From contig NC_043003.1 in the NCBI RefSeq assembly GCF_006345805.1, forward strand, positions 91,636,001-91,700,000: a stretch of 64,000 bases of DNA, read 5' to 3'. Both the position numbers and the translations under genes were made by a program. This document shows, in pieces, positions 1 through 14,135 of this stretch. The first letter of the stretch is position 1. Each line of letters begins with the position of its first letter. This DNA comes from Octopus sinensis (lineage: Eukaryota). The notes under the pieces were generated by a model. That model ran no database searches and was not told the DNA's origin. It was given only the letters and a program-made list of their open reading frames with translations.

Positions 1-127
1 GGGGGTAAATCGATTATTTTATTAGTTCGGAAAGGATGAAAAGCAAAGTCGACCTAGGCGGACGAAATTCTGCTAAGCTTTTTGGCCTGGAGCGCTAATG
101 ATTCTTTCTGCCAGCTCGCTACCTTAA
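1..127 (-). mobile_element. tRNA-derived SINE family A, internally deleted copy
   Basis: aaaggatgaaaagcaaagtcgacct...ctgccagctcgctaccttaa matches many other copies in the window (e.g. 50648-50868, 10940-11155). Confidence 0.75.
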
Positions 128-267
128 GTGAGAAGATAATATTAGAAGTTATTTCATTGTTAGGCATTGACATGGTTAAAAAATTCGTTTGGAAACGACG
201 TGGTTTCTGGCACCTGACCAGTGGTTGGAAACAATATAGTGTGCGTGCGTTCTCTCCTCTCATCACT

Positions 268-430
268 TGACAACCGGTGTTGCTTTGTATACGTTCTCCT
301 TATACAGCGGTTCGGCAAAAAGATCGATAAAATAAGAACCAGACAAAATATGTACTGGGTTCGATGTGTTCAACAAAGCGCATCAAAGCTGTACCAATGA
401 CTGGGAAAATAAGTAAATAAATAAAAGAAT
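268..430 (+). mobile_element. 3' part of SINE family B
   Basis: gacaaccggtgttg...cagcggttcggcaaaaaga...aaaagaat parallels 47090-47257 and 61100-61255. Confidence 0.7.
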
Positions 431-904
431 TCCTATTAAGTTTTCGAATTCGTTCCATATGCAGAATAATACATGATTTCTAACATTGGCGAAAAGTTAC
501 ATTTTTCTTTGCTTGGAGGTTTGGTGGATTACTGATTATTAAATCGATCTTTGACTATTTTATTGATCGGAGGTATCGTTATATCTTGTCTTTAAACCAT
601 GTCTTCTATTATCATCTCTCAAATCTTCCAAATTAGAGATTTAGCAATCTAGGATTGTTGTTTCAAAGACGACGAATAAAATACTGGAAGATTGGTTTAA
701 TCGTAGATTTTAAAAAAATCTTGTAAATACAACATAACAATTAAAAAATATACATTGTACTTTCATTATCTTGAGTTAGCAGAATCATAAGAACGTTGTG
801 AAAAAAACGAAAAAAAACAAAACCGTACCGGTCAGATACTGTGGTCGATGTAATCAACTTACTCCCCGCTCAAAGTTAGAAAAAATTATTTTGAATATAC
901 AAGT

Positions 905-1070
905 ACAGTACGTTCTGAGTTCAATTTCCGCCGAGGTTGATTTTGTCTTTCATCCTTTCAGAGTCGATAAATTAAGTACCAGTTGCGTGCTGGAGTCGAT
1001 CTAATCGACTGGCCCCCTCCCCCAAAATTTAGGGCCTTTTACCTAGTGAAGAAAAGAATATACAAGTACA
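905..1070 (+). mobile_element. SINE family A, 5'-truncated, CpGs retained
   Basis: B-box-like gagttcaatttcc followed by gccgaggttgattttgtctttcatcctttc, the reverse complement of the family A body. Confidence 0.75.
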
Positions 1071-1844
1071 CGTTTCTTTATTGCCCTCAAGGAGCCAACA
1101 CAGAGGGGACAGACTATACAAGTACAGTGATAGATCATGGGAATGAAATTTAATTCTTTTTAAATACTTGTATTTAAATTAAAACAAGAAATGTTTGCAG
1201 ATTTTGAATTTGACTATATATGAAAGAAAAAAAATTCTGCAAAGCATTAAAAAAAGATAATGTAAGAAGTTTACAAAGACGCCCCAGGTATGTCAATTAA
1301 AATTTTGACAGGAATCACTTAAAAGGTCGATTTGAAACGTAAATGGACTCTTCTACAAGACATAAAAAATATAATTATTAAAATGGATGGGTGCCTTTAA
1401 CAGACTGCCATACTGTTGCAAGTATTTCGGGCAAGGTTTCTTCGTTTTAAGTATATTTTGCTCCTGTAAACCAGCCCTTGAAGCTCTGAAAAAATGTGTT
1501 ATGGGTGCCGCCCTTCTCTCCCTCACGTTATGCAATTTAAATATAAAACGTGCATATATATCCGTTTTATGTCAACTTGCGGGGTTTGGGGGAAAGAATC
1601 CTCAATACCATAGGGGAGATAAATAATTTTATTTTGAACTAGTCATAATTTGTGAGAAGATCCTCTGCACCTATAAGGTGGAACTCAATGGCAAGAGACT
1701 GACTCAACTAGAATAACGTCCGAACATGACGTGTCTCTGACTGAAACCAGTATCAGTTACACACACACACACATTACTTTTGTTGAAACGAGGAATAAGG
1801 TATATGATTGAAATAATTTCATGTTTTCATTTCACTGTTCTCGT

Positions 1845-2010
1845 AGCCCCGCCTCGTTTTTGCTTTTGCTAGCAAAACGAAATTGTTTACGCCATTAACA
1901 ATATCAAGCCACAAAGACATCAAATTATATTTCTTAACATTGTTGAATTTTCATGGCAGGTATGTTATTGTTAATAGTCACGTGACAGTTAACCTGTTCT
2001 TTGATTGGTT
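1845..2010. promoter_or_regulatory. Candidate enhancer or alternative promoter: GC box, FOXO element, CLEAR-type E-box, CCAAT box
   Basis: ccccgcct 1847-1854; TTGTTTAC 1883-1890; GTCACGTGAC 1977-1986; ATTGG 2004-2008; all in non-repeat, CpG-retaining sequence. Confidence 0.4.
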
Positions 2011-2442
2011 CAAAGTTATAAGCTGTACAACAGGTGCAATGTGACACGCTGGTATTAATAATGTTTATGATTATTTTTATATATCTTTTCCAGAATGGGA
2101 ATCGATACAAATAGGAGTTTGCAAATAGTTTTCTTTGAGTTATGTAAAATTATGGGAGAGGGGGAGTTTGGAACTTAGAGCAAATATAATAAAAAAAATA
2201 ATCGATTATTACATGTGTATATACACATATGTATATATATATATGTGTGTGTATGTTAAATGTACACGTATTATATGCACAAAATTTTTAATCGATGTAT
2301 TCTTGCAGAGACTTTTTCTCAAATCACGTATTTTAAAATTTATCTGCTGTTTTAACTGAACTTTTAAACCCCCACGTGTATATCTGTTGTTTAACAAATA
2401 ATTTTATCATCCACTTAAAATTGTGACTTGTATCTCTCTTTG

Positions 2443-3257
<815 letters not shown>

Positions 3258-5530
3258 TTCTTAGTCCACCTCCTATTTGGCTGTCATATCTGTTTAGCCA
3301 TTCTTTCGATTTGCGATAACAAAATGAAAGTAGGAATATTAACATTTGCCCATGACTAAAGGAATGTCTTAAACGTATCGAATAGGTACACATTTATTTT
3401 ATTCTGTTTTTTTTTTTTTTAAAAGTATTTTGGATTCCTGTTTTCACCTACGGAGATTACAATTTTGTCCTCACCCTCCAAATATATAAAAAAAAATCCT
3501 CTCAAATTCTTATCCTTGCTTCAATTTTTTTTACCCCAAAGGGTGAAAATATATTTTTTTCCCTTGAATTTCATGTCTAAAATTTAGAAGATAACGGTTC
3601 TGATAAAAAAGGAAACAGTTCCTCCTCCCATAATTTCAGTGACGATTGCTTATGACGATTTTCATCTTTCAATTTGTGATCGTAAATCGAAAGACTGCAT
3701 ATATTGAATGCGAGTTTCCCCCCCGCTTTTTCCAATCACGAACAAAAGGAGCCTAGTTGTCACCATGCTAGAAATAGCAACTGAATCTCTCTCTCTCTCT
3801 CCTATTTCACGTTCTTAAAATACAACACTTTTGATTTAGGAATTTGAAATGCAGAATGTGTCTCGAAAAAAGAGATGATCTTCAAGGCGAGGGCCAACTT
3901 GACGCAAAATCGTTTGAATGAAACGTGTTTCGATTAAACTTTTTTTTTTTGTTCTGTATAATAAATTCTTTTGTGTCTACGTTGAAACTACTTCTTTCTT
4001 ACGAAGAGAAAAGCATTACATCCATTTATTTATTTGCGACGCACAGGATAAACTGTATTGCAGGTCTGAAGTTGCGAACCTTTTCACTCGGAGTTCAAAA
4101 TCCCCGCACACAGTCGACGTTGTCTTTCTTCCGCGGTCGATAAAATAAGTATCAGCCAAGCATTAGGTTTATCCTTTATTACACTCTTTCCAGACCATCA
4201 ATATGTGGTCCCTATTCTAGAAATATTAATAATTATGATGCAATTTCATACTACCCCCCTCTCTCTCGGTCTCTCAACTTTTTGGGTGTTTTGAAAAATA
4301 TTTTTCGAAAAATTTCTTGCTTTGCACAAACTTTTTCCCCCCTATTTTGAGTATCTCCACAAAATATGCAATGGCATATGAACATACACAGGTTGTGTTA
4401 AGTTTAAAACATCGTAACAACATCAGATGTGCTGAATTATTCAGTACTTGCATATATTAAGTAACAATTTTAAATCATCACGAAATAATTGAGAAGTAAA
4501 ACAAAATTCAAAGCAACTGGAAGACCATGTTTAAAGTCATATTAAAAAGAAAAAAATTAAAGGAATGTGCTGGTGTATGATCCAAAACTACTCAGTTTTC
4601 ATCTGGCTCTTGTCCTTGTTCTCTGGAGATGTCTTCCTGGGGCTGCAAGCTACTGTAGCATCAACCCTTAAGGGTCAGCCACATTTAGGTGGCAAATATT
4701 CTTCACGATATCGTGCAGCTACTGTTTATACCTCGCTCAAAGATTTATTATAATAATTAAGTTGCTTTATGGATTTAGATTCCAAATTCTTGTCTAAATA
4801 TTTTACGGAATAGAATTTTCATAGTTAACATTCATTCATGAAATAAAATACTCGATAGGAGAGAGAGAGAGAGAGAGAGCTGCCTTAAGCATGTTACCCA
4901 CTGTGAATCTTTATTTTTAACTGCAGTCATTTTTTCTGTGACTAGCAGATAACCCACTCTAACAGGGAGGAGGGTTAACGATAAGGCGTGCTGGTTTTTG
5001 CTTTGCTCAAAAACATAAAATAATAGAAGTGCAGTAGCTTCGGTTAAGATTGAAAAGACCGATATGTTTAAGCGATAAGCAACAGCAGCAGTTTGTCACC
5101 ATTCTCTATGTCTGTTTCTCTCTCACACACACAACAATAGACTAACAGCAGTAGTTTTCCAAACAAACTAGCTTCATTATACAGTAAGATATAAAGAGTG
5201 GTCATAATCTATCTAAATGGCTTTCAAAGTGTCCCTGGCGTTAATGTAGTATAGCTTTAAGAATAGTTTGAACTCGCAATTTATGTGTATTCTTTGTTGG
5301 AGCAGGTGTTCTGGAGTTGGTAACTTGTGTAATTCTGACCTTAATACTCAATGTTATGAAACAATTATTCTGTTAAAATCCATTTGAATATCACATGCAA
5401 TGATTGTAAAGGTTAAGTGTATTATGTCTTGGCAGTAGACTCACCCATTTGCCTTATTCAAAGGAAGATTCATCTAGTTATAAGAAAGGGAAAAAAAAAA
5501 AAATTTACAAGTAAAAATGGAAATATTCTT

Positions 5531-5723
5531 TGATTCTTTTGTTACCATATTTCTGCATTTGTTTTAATTCATTTTGAAAATAATAAAGAATTTAGTAAAA
5601 TAACTTTTAACTTGGTGTTTGGAACATTAATTAACATGATATTTTGATGGAAAGCTTAGAAACAGGAAGCATGTACCACAGAACCAGGGGCGATCTCAGG
5701 CAAGATGTTATCTAAAGGATTAA
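5531..5723 (+). mobile_element. piggyBac-like MITE family P1, degenerate copy
   Basis: cttttgttaccatatttctg...aaggattaa; body matches 26335-26545. Confidence 0.6.
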
Positions 5724-6984
5724 TATCTAATAGCTTGTTGGGTCGCAAACTAAGAATTTATCTTCATAAAGTGTGTTGAGAAAGAAAAAAATAAATAAAT
5801 CAGCCAGGCAGAGTGTACACTTCATGGTTTAAAAAAAAAAATTTTATTACGGTCACAAATTCCAAAAATAACAAGTAAATGAAGTAAAAATAGTTCTACC
5901 TTTGTCTCAGGCATGACAATTGTCTGTGGTAATGAAACAAACAGAATAGTTGCATATTTGGGTGACTAAAAGTATTGGGCAGTAAGTGTTCACTGCAGTT
6001 ATTTCAGAATATAATATGAATGCTGCGTTGTGTGTAGGAGTAATTTCGACATTAAAACCCTTATGGGTCTACCGACCAAATAATACATTGTAATTTCGCC
6101 CTAGTTTTGCCAACCTCTCTTCAATATATTCTCATTGTTGTTAATGCATTCGGTTGGATAATAATAAAAATAAAACTTAAATGTCACTTCCAGAGGTTTG
6201 AACAAATTACGCTTTATGTCAGATTTTACAGGTTTGACTGCAATAAACGAGAAGATTGGAACTTTATAAAAGTTTAGAACATTAGTGAGGTCAGTAAGCC
6301 AGTGGTTTTGTTGAGACTGCTGGAGAAGAGTTTGAATATAATAGGGCAAGTTAGTTGTGTAGTATAGTATCTGTTTTCAAGTTGTGTATGTGTGAAAGAG
6401 TTGATTTGATGACAGAAGTATAAATTGACATCCTTTTGGCGAGTCTAACACCTTGTCGTTGACACTCAGCTTTGAATGAGTCTTTTTTTAGCATGGAGAT
6501 TTAAAAGAAAGTTGAAAAACAATTTAAATCCATTATTAACATGACAGTATTTTAGTGCTAAGTAGGACAGTGATATCTGACCATATGCACACTTAGGTTG
6601 AAACTTGTACCTGAAGCATAGGAATTTTATGAAATGCAGATTTTTATACTGCACTTGTTATAAAAAAGATTAGCTGTCTAGCATTGGGCAAATTATCAAA
6701 TATCAACTTGATTATTGTTTTCTGTTTATTATATGTTTTTATTTTTTTAATTCTAATTTTAAAAAAATATCTCTTGGATTGTAGTTAATTAGGTAATATA
6801 TGTCTGTTTTTAGGCAGTATCCGTGCTGAAGAGTTATTTAGATTTTAGTCATTAAAATAAGAATTGTGCTGCTTTCTTGTAAATACACTTCCAAGGGATA
6901 AATTTTGTTGGTTTGTGCTTATGGTTGATTGAGTGAATCCTAAGATGTTTCCCTCAGCAAAATTGTTTGCGTCTCTGTAAGATG

Positions 6985-7980
6985 TACCCAGTGTAAGCTG
7001 TGGATGCATAAGAGGTGCAGCAACATCAAAGGAAGGTTAACCGGGAAGATAGCTTTTGTGTGCAGCAGATGCACAAGGGCAATAAACACCAGGTGCTCAG
7101 AAAACAGATCCCATCACATGCCAGGGGGAGAAACTAGGAGTACCGTAAATCCTCGAGTATAATCCACATTTTTTCCCCAAAATTAAAGGTCAAAATCCCT
7201 AGTGCGTACTGTATACGAGGTTAAAAATGAAACTTTTTTTCTAAGCAATGTCTATACTCGGGGATTTATGGTAGATAACTTCTACTACCTAGGTGACCAA
7301 GTCTGTAGTGGTAGGGGGTAGATGCTCAGAGACTGTTACCACTAGAATAAGAATAGCCTGGGCAAAGTTCAGAAGGCCCCCCCCCACCTCTACTGGTGAC
7401 AAAGGGCCTCTTGCTCAGAGTGAAAGGTAGATTGTATGATGCATATGTGTAAACTGCCATGCTTCACAGCAGTGAAACATAGGCTGCGACTGCTGAAAAC
7501 ATGCGTAGGCTCGAAAGAAAGGAAGCAAGCATGATCCACTGGATGTGTAATGTCAGTGTCCACACACAACAGAGTGTAAGTGCCTTGAGAGAAAAGTTGG
7601 ACATAAGAAGCATCGGATGTGCGAGAGAGACGACTGTACTGGTATGGTCATGTACTACAGATGGACGAAGAGAGCTGCGTGAAGAAGTATCACTCCCAAA
7701 CAGTGGAAGGAACCTGTGGTAGAGAGGCCCAGGAAGACATGGGATGAGATGGTGAAACTCGACCATTGACTGTTGGGCCTCACAGGCAATGCTGTGACTG
7801 AGAAGAAGTAGCTTTGGATTGTCAGGCGACATGCCGTGCTTGAGGGGACCTATTGAGTCAAGTACATCAAAATCAAATGGAAATTGTAGTTGTGGTTGAT
7901 GCCACTGCTGCCTGACTGGCTCGTAATGGTGACATGCAATAAACACCAATCATGCATGGGTTGTTACCAGTGCCACCTGA
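6985..7980 (+). mobile_element. RTE-clade LINE, 3' fragment, decayed
   Basis: Peptides RCTQCKLW.HK.C, YYLGD and MRRLERKEASMIHWMCNVSV match the RTE copy at 19545-22286. Confidence 0.85.
7143..7271. mobile_element. TA-flanked Tc1/mariner-superfamily (pogo-like) MITE inserted in the RTE
   Basis: TIR ccgtaaatcctcgagtata / tatactcggggatttatgg; TA on both sides (7141-42, 7272-73); the RTE text resumes on each side. Confidence 0.85.
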
Positions 7981-9589
7981 CTGGAGAGCAAGATGTTAAG
8001 TCAAACAGAGCCTATTTCTTCTTCTTAGGAATCCGATTAATAAATTGATCAGTCTATTGTTAGCTTAATATTTCAAATATGTCTGTATCAGCACATGAAC
8101 TATAAGGAGAACAATAACAATATATTTAAACAATCTTCAGACATTAATGGGTTCATATTAACTTTGAATAGCCAATGTTGATATTAGATTTGTTACATTT
8201 TTAAGATTCAGTATTTGTACACAGTATATAAACACTGCTGATTCTTGTTAGATTAACAAAGTTAAGGCAAGCCAAGCCTATTCATTAGCTTCATGCTCAG
8301 ATAAGCTTATTCTTTGTACTGGGTTAGCCAAGTACTGTTATCTTTATCTGAAGTGATTAGTGAGAATATAAATTGTTTTTCTGGTGCTGTGAGTAGAGAA
8401 CTGGAGTAACATAATTTACACAAGTGGTGTATGATTTGATACATAAGCTTATTTAATAAACTGTATTCCCTCCATAATTGTATTAATATTTCACAGTTCC
8501 ATCTGGCTCATGATCCCCACCTCCTCCATATTTCTGGCAACTCTGGTTTATCCTAAATTTCTGTTACATTTCCTACACTCTTCTTTCTATATGTTAATTA
8601 TCTTGCTATTATATCTAACAACACACTCCTACACAAATGACAAGTGTAATAAACAGGCTTCTTTCTACATGGTCACTTGACTTGCCAGAAATAAACAGAT
8701 GTCTCTCGAGTCACATCATGCAAACTTCAAAAATGGAGATGTTGAATAATGTGGTTCTGGGTTTCCTGCACATAGGGAAAATGTGATGGTCATGGTTGGA
8801 GTATCTTAGATCAGTCAGGCTTAAACAAGAACAATAACTTGCCATCTTTCACTTTTTAACCATTTGGATGTAGCACCATTCGCATCTAACCTAGTGACAG
8901 ACTTGCACTGCCTCCATAAATAAACGAACAATAGTAACATAGTTTTTTTCTTTTAACACTATCCTGGTACATTTGCTACACATGTCATAGAAACCATCTT
9001 TAAACCCACCCTCTCTTAATAAATGACCTCTGCCCCAATTAAAATCTTCAAAAATCATTGTAACTGCTAAGAGGTTTGCCTGTATAACCTTGCCAAAACA
9101 CCATCCTCCAAAAGTAGGATTACGTTGCTGAGCCTGAAAATAAATACTTTAGCTTTGATCAGTTCGTGACTCACTGTAAAATTCAACTTTGGCCCACATT
9201 GGTGTACTGCTCACATATCTGGAACATAACTACTTAGCTGAAGCCCTACCCAAAAGATGATTCAGCTGTTTTAATTGGTTATAGATGTCTTTTTCTGTGT
9301 GTGTTTGTGTTTTTTTTCATTTTTTTTTTTATTATTACGGTACCTCTCTCCTCTTAAAACACATTTCTCTTCCATTTCTTATCTCTGCTATGTTTCATCT
9401 CTCAAATCCTACACTAAACACTTTTTCCAATCATTCTTCCCCTAAGTTGGAACCCTCTGGAATTCCGTGCTCACCCACCTTTGTTGATTTGCTCTGAAGA
9501 TCTATAAAGTTCACCATCTGCATTAATCTCACCAATCTGGATATGATTTTGAAGACTATGGCACTACTACTTCTCAGTCTAACTAATAA

Positions 9590-11730
9590 TAATAATCATA
9601 AGCATGAGAAGGATAATTCTTTCTACTATAGGTACAAAGGCAGCAATTTTAGTGGATGGTGGGTGGCAACTCAATTACCCCCCCCCCCCAGTGTTCAACT
9701 AGAATTTATTTATATGACCCCCAAAAGGACATTAAGAGCCAAAAGAACTGCTACTAAGACTCTTTTCCTGCATGGTGATGATTCTGCTGGCTATCTGCCA
9801 GCACCCCATAACCACAACCACCACCAGTGTCATCATAGTCATCATCAGGATTCTTCTTTCTGATATAGACACAAGGTCTGAAATTTGGGTGAGTGAGTAG
9901 TAAATTACATCAATCCCAGTACTCAACTGGTGCTTATTTTATCAACTCCAAAAGGATGAAAGTCAAAATTGACTTCAGCAGAATTTCAACCCTATAGAGA
10001 CAGACAATGCCACTAAGCATTTTGTAGAGTGTGCCAATAATTCTGCCAGCTTGTTGCCTTAATAATAATAATAATAATTATTATAGTAATAATGATGGAC
10101 TCTTCCATCGAAGATGACATATGAACATTCAGCTATTGTTGAATGACCTGCACATGACTTGTTTATAGTGATAAAATGTTCATGCCATTCACTTTCTCCA
10201 TCAAATCAGCATCTGAACAGGTGCACTGTGTACCATGCATCAGGTGTTGAAGTGATTGCAGAACAATGTGAGATGAAGTGTTTTGCTTAAGAATGCAATG
10301 CACCACCTGGTCTAGGAATTGAAATCACAATTGCTAGATTGTGAGTGCAACACCCTAACCACTATGCATGGGCCCTCACAACAACAACAACAATAATCCT
10401 TTCTACTAAAGGCACAAGGCCCGAAATTTTGGGAGAGGACACTAGTCAATTACATCAACCCCAGTGTGTGTCACTGGTACCTCATTTGTTGACACTGAAA
10501 GGATGAAAGGTAAAGTTGATCATGGCAGAATTTGAACACAGAACGTAGAGATGGACAGAATGCCACTAAGCATTTTGTCTGGCATGCTAATGATTCTGCC
10601 AGTTTGCTATGCATGTGTTTGGTGTACCATTAACAGATGAATAGTCATGATGGGTGTTTGGGCTTTGTATATTTGTCCCCCAGTGTCACTTTGATGGTAC
10701 ATGCTGCGTTCTCACCCTTTAATAATAAGAATAATGGTTTCAAATTTTACAAGAGCGGCAGTTTTGGGGGAGGGGATGAGTCAGTTACATTGATTCCAGT
10801 GTTCAACTGGTACTTATTTTATTGACCCCAAAAGGATGAAAGGCAGAATATGAACCTAGAACGTAAAGATGGACGAAATGCTGCTAAGCATTCTGCTCAA
10901 CTTGCTAAGTATTTTGACAGCTCACTACCTTAATAATAATGGTTTCAAATTTTGCCACAAGGGCAGCCATTTTGTGGGAGGGGATAAGTCAAATACATCG
11001 ACCCTAGTGTTTCACTGGTACTTAATTTATTGACCTCGAAAGGATGAAAGGCGAAGTCAACTATGGTGGAATTTGAACTCAGAACATAGCAATGGGCAAA
11101 ATACTGCTAAGCATTTCATCTGGTGTGCTAATGATTCTGCCAGCTCACCGCCTTGATAATAATCATGATGATGGTGACAACGATGAGTGCCCTGATGCAG
11201 TACCAGGCAGTGGCTCTCCTGGCTTCTGATCTTAACTGATTGGAAGTGTTATCATGTACATTGTTTTGTCTTGGTATAAAAGATGGGCTACAGCAAATAT
11301 TCTGCTCAATACCACAGATTTGCTTGTCAGTTATTTGACCATAACCAGTTGAACATGTCCTTTAGTGGCTGACGTTATGTGCATCTCTGATATGAGCTGA
11401 AGTAGTGGGGGAGCATCATAGTCATGTGTTGAAAGGAATTCTTTGGGGTTTGGATAATTCACCTTTGGAAACATGGTTGTTTTGTTCAACATCCTTAAAC
11501 AACCCTTATTCAGGGACCTTTTGAGCAGGATTGGTTACTCAACTGAAGAAAGTTCTAACTGGGTCCCACCTGCAAGGTCATGTGCTGTTTATTTTGATAT
11601 GAGATCACCATGTTGTGCACATACGGTTGTGATGCATATGCCTGGTGTACCTTTATCAGATGGATAGTCATGATGGGTATACTGGGCTTTGATGGCATGC
11701 ACTGCTCTCTCACTTAATAATAATAATAAA
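9590..11730 (-). mobile_element. Tandem pile-up of five SINE-A copies, one SINE-C copy and fragments of a fourth repeat, separated by (TAA)n/(CAA)n
   Basis: Repeated units tttctact..aggc..aagg...aaaggatgaaag...ctgccagc at about 9615, 9850, 10395, 10730 and 10940, each ending in taataat-type runs. Confidence 0.8.
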
Positions 11731-12354
11731 GTTGTTGGAGCTACCTGAATGTATATATTAACTGGAGTCTTAATTACCAAGTGATAACATGAATCTTGGT
11801 GAAATACATTTTGTCCTTTCGGATTTCATAGTGATTCAAGTAGAAAGCCAGTGCTTAACATCAGTTTCCATATTAAAAAATGGAAGAGCGATTAACCTGT
11901 TTTAGTCCACTATAAAATCTTAATTATATTTTCCACTGCTGGGAAAGCTGGACCTGTATAGACTCAAGTGTCCGAACAAATATAAAAAACAAAATACTTG
12001 AAATGAATTTAGGCCATTTGGCCTAAATACAATATCAACTTAGTTTGTAATTGCTAGGATATAGGAGTTATGCAGTTATATGTTTCTTGTTCCTCTGAAA
12101 AAGTTAAGCTTGTTGAACTGATAATGCCTCTATGCAGTTACTCTATATGTCTTTTTATTCTACTACTTGTTTCAGTCATTGGACAACAGCCTTGAAGTAT
12201 TTAGTTGATTAAATTGGCCCCATCACTGGCACTTATTCTATCAGCTTCTTTTACAGAACTGCTTGGTTATGGGGACAAGGAAACCAACATTGGTTATCAA
12301 GTGCTGGGGCAGCAAACACGAAGACGTGATCATATATCTATATCTATCTATTTA

Positions 12355-12680
12355 TTGTGGAGGTTTGTGGCTTAGTGGTTAGGATATTCGGCTCGTGATC
12401 GTAAGGTCGTGAGTTTGATTCTTGGCAGTGTGTTGTGTCCATGAGCAAACATTTTATTTCACATTGCTCCAGTCCATTCTGCTGGCAAAAATGAGTTGTA
12501 CTTGTTATTCAAAGGGCCAGTCTTGTCACATTCTGTGTCATGCTGAATCTCTCTGAGAACTAAGGCTGCATGTGTCTGTGGAATGCTCAGCCATTGGCAC
12601 ATTAAGTTCATGAGCAGGCTCTTCTGTTGATTGGATCAACTGGAACCCTCATCATCATAACTGATGGACTGCCATCCATC
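12355..12680 (+). mobile_element. tRNA-derived SINE family C
   Basis: A box tggcttagtgg and B-box-like gagtttgattc; relatives at 25640-25800 (+) and 53945-54266 (-). Confidence 0.75.
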
Positions 12681-12692
12681 CATACACACACA

Positions 12693-12723
<31 letters not shown>

Positions 12724-12761
12724 CATACATACATACATACATACACATGCGCACACATATA

Positions 12762-12975
12762 CAAGGGGTTGCCGAAAAGTTCCTGGCTTTAAGGTTATTG
12801 CAGGTCTGGTTGGAGGCCCAACCCTCTGAATTCTTTTACAAGGCTTAGAAAAACTGAACGACCACTGTAATAAGTGTGTGAAGCTGAGAGAGGATTATGT
12901 TCAATAAAATCATAATTAACTGATCCTCCTGTATTTTCTTTTACCCAAAGCCAGGAACTTTCCAGCACCCCCTTG
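12762..12975. mobile_element. mariner-derived MITE
   Basis: ~29 bp imperfect TIRs caaggggttgccgaaaagttcctggcttt / aaagccaggaactttccagcacccccttg; TA on the left. Confidence 0.8.
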
Positions 12976-13009
12976 TGTGTCTTACAAAGGTTCTAATAAG
13001 CAAAAAAAA

Positions 13010-13760
13010 ACAGACTAGACCCTACCCCCCTTCAGGTAGGTAGCCTTGCTCAATTTGTAGGAAAGGTATAGGCAAGAACATCATATGGTATACCCAGTGT
13101 AAGCTATTGACAAACTAGGTGCAGTGGATTAATAGGAAGGTTATCAGAGAAGATAGGAAATTGCCCTGGTGGCTCATTAGAGGCAGTAGGTAATTTCTAC
13201 TACCCAGTGTACCAAATTAACAGTGGGGGAGGATGCATGGAGAGTGTGAAAGCTGGAATATGATGGAGGAAATTCAGCAAGCTGTTACCTTTGTTGGCTA
13301 TGAAAGGTTTCTCTCTCTGAGAGAAAGGAAGATTGTATGATGCATGTATACGGACAGCAGTTCTACAAGTAGTGAGCCATGGATTCTGAATGCAGAGGAC
13401 ATGCAAAGGTTAGAGAGGAATGAGGTTAGTATGTTTTGCTGGATATGTAATGTAAGTGTACGTGTTTGACAGTTCCAGTGAATTGAGAGAGAAGCTAGGC
13501 ATAAGAGGAATTAGTTGCTGTGTGCAAGAGAGAAGACTGCACTGGTTTGGTCATGTGATGCAGATGGGTGCCAACAGCTCCATAAAGAAGGGCCGATCTC
13601 TCAGAGTAGATGGAACACATGGAAGTGGGATGCTAAGGAGGACATGAGACGAAGTACAGAAGAACGACCTCAGGATGCTGAACTATTCAGACAAGATGAC
13701 AAAGGACTGAGATGCCTGACACCTTGCTGTATTCAAGAAGATCCATACTCCACTGCAGAA
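13010..13760 (+). mobile_element. RTE-clade LINE fragment, old
   Basis: ELREKLGIRGISCCVQERRLHWFGHV homologous to the RTE C-terminal region. Confidence 0.8.
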
Positions 13761-13789
13761 GTGTTAAGACCAGTCCCTCTGGTGGTGTA

Positions 13790-14135
13790 AAGCACTCATG
13801 GCAGTGTGGTTAACAAGTTTGCTTCCCAACTATGTGGTTTCAGGCTCAGTCCCATTGCATGGCATCTTGGGCAAATGTCTTCTAGAGCCCCAGACTTGAC
13901 CAAAGACTTGTGAGTGGATTTGGTAGATGGAAACTGAAAGAAGCCTATTGTTTGTATGTAAATATGACTGTTGTAATGCCATCCAATTCCAACATTCTGC
14001 AAAAATACGTTTGGCTATAGGGAAATATTACCTTGCTTGGAAACAGGTAAGAGTTGGCAATAGGAAGGGCATCTAGCTGTAGAAAATCTACCTCAACTCC
14101 ATTCAGCTGATGCATACTTGGAAAAAGTTTTGCTT
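13790..14135 (+). mobile_element. SINE family B (CORE-like head) with RTE-type tail
   Basis: Head ...catcttgggcaaatgtcttct...; tail ggaagggcatctagctgtagaaa shared with the RTE 3' end. Confidence 0.7.

Noticed and set aside
1270-1293. gacgccccag|gtatgt as the missing 4E-BP first coding exon; also YPGG at 19318-19345
   Set aside because: Neither encodes TTPGG...STTPG in the required phase, and there is no RAIP-like motif.
4236-4244. ATF4-type TGATGCAAT site
   Set aside because: Biologically fitting for 4E-BP, but about one such 9-mer is expected by chance in this window and it is isolated.
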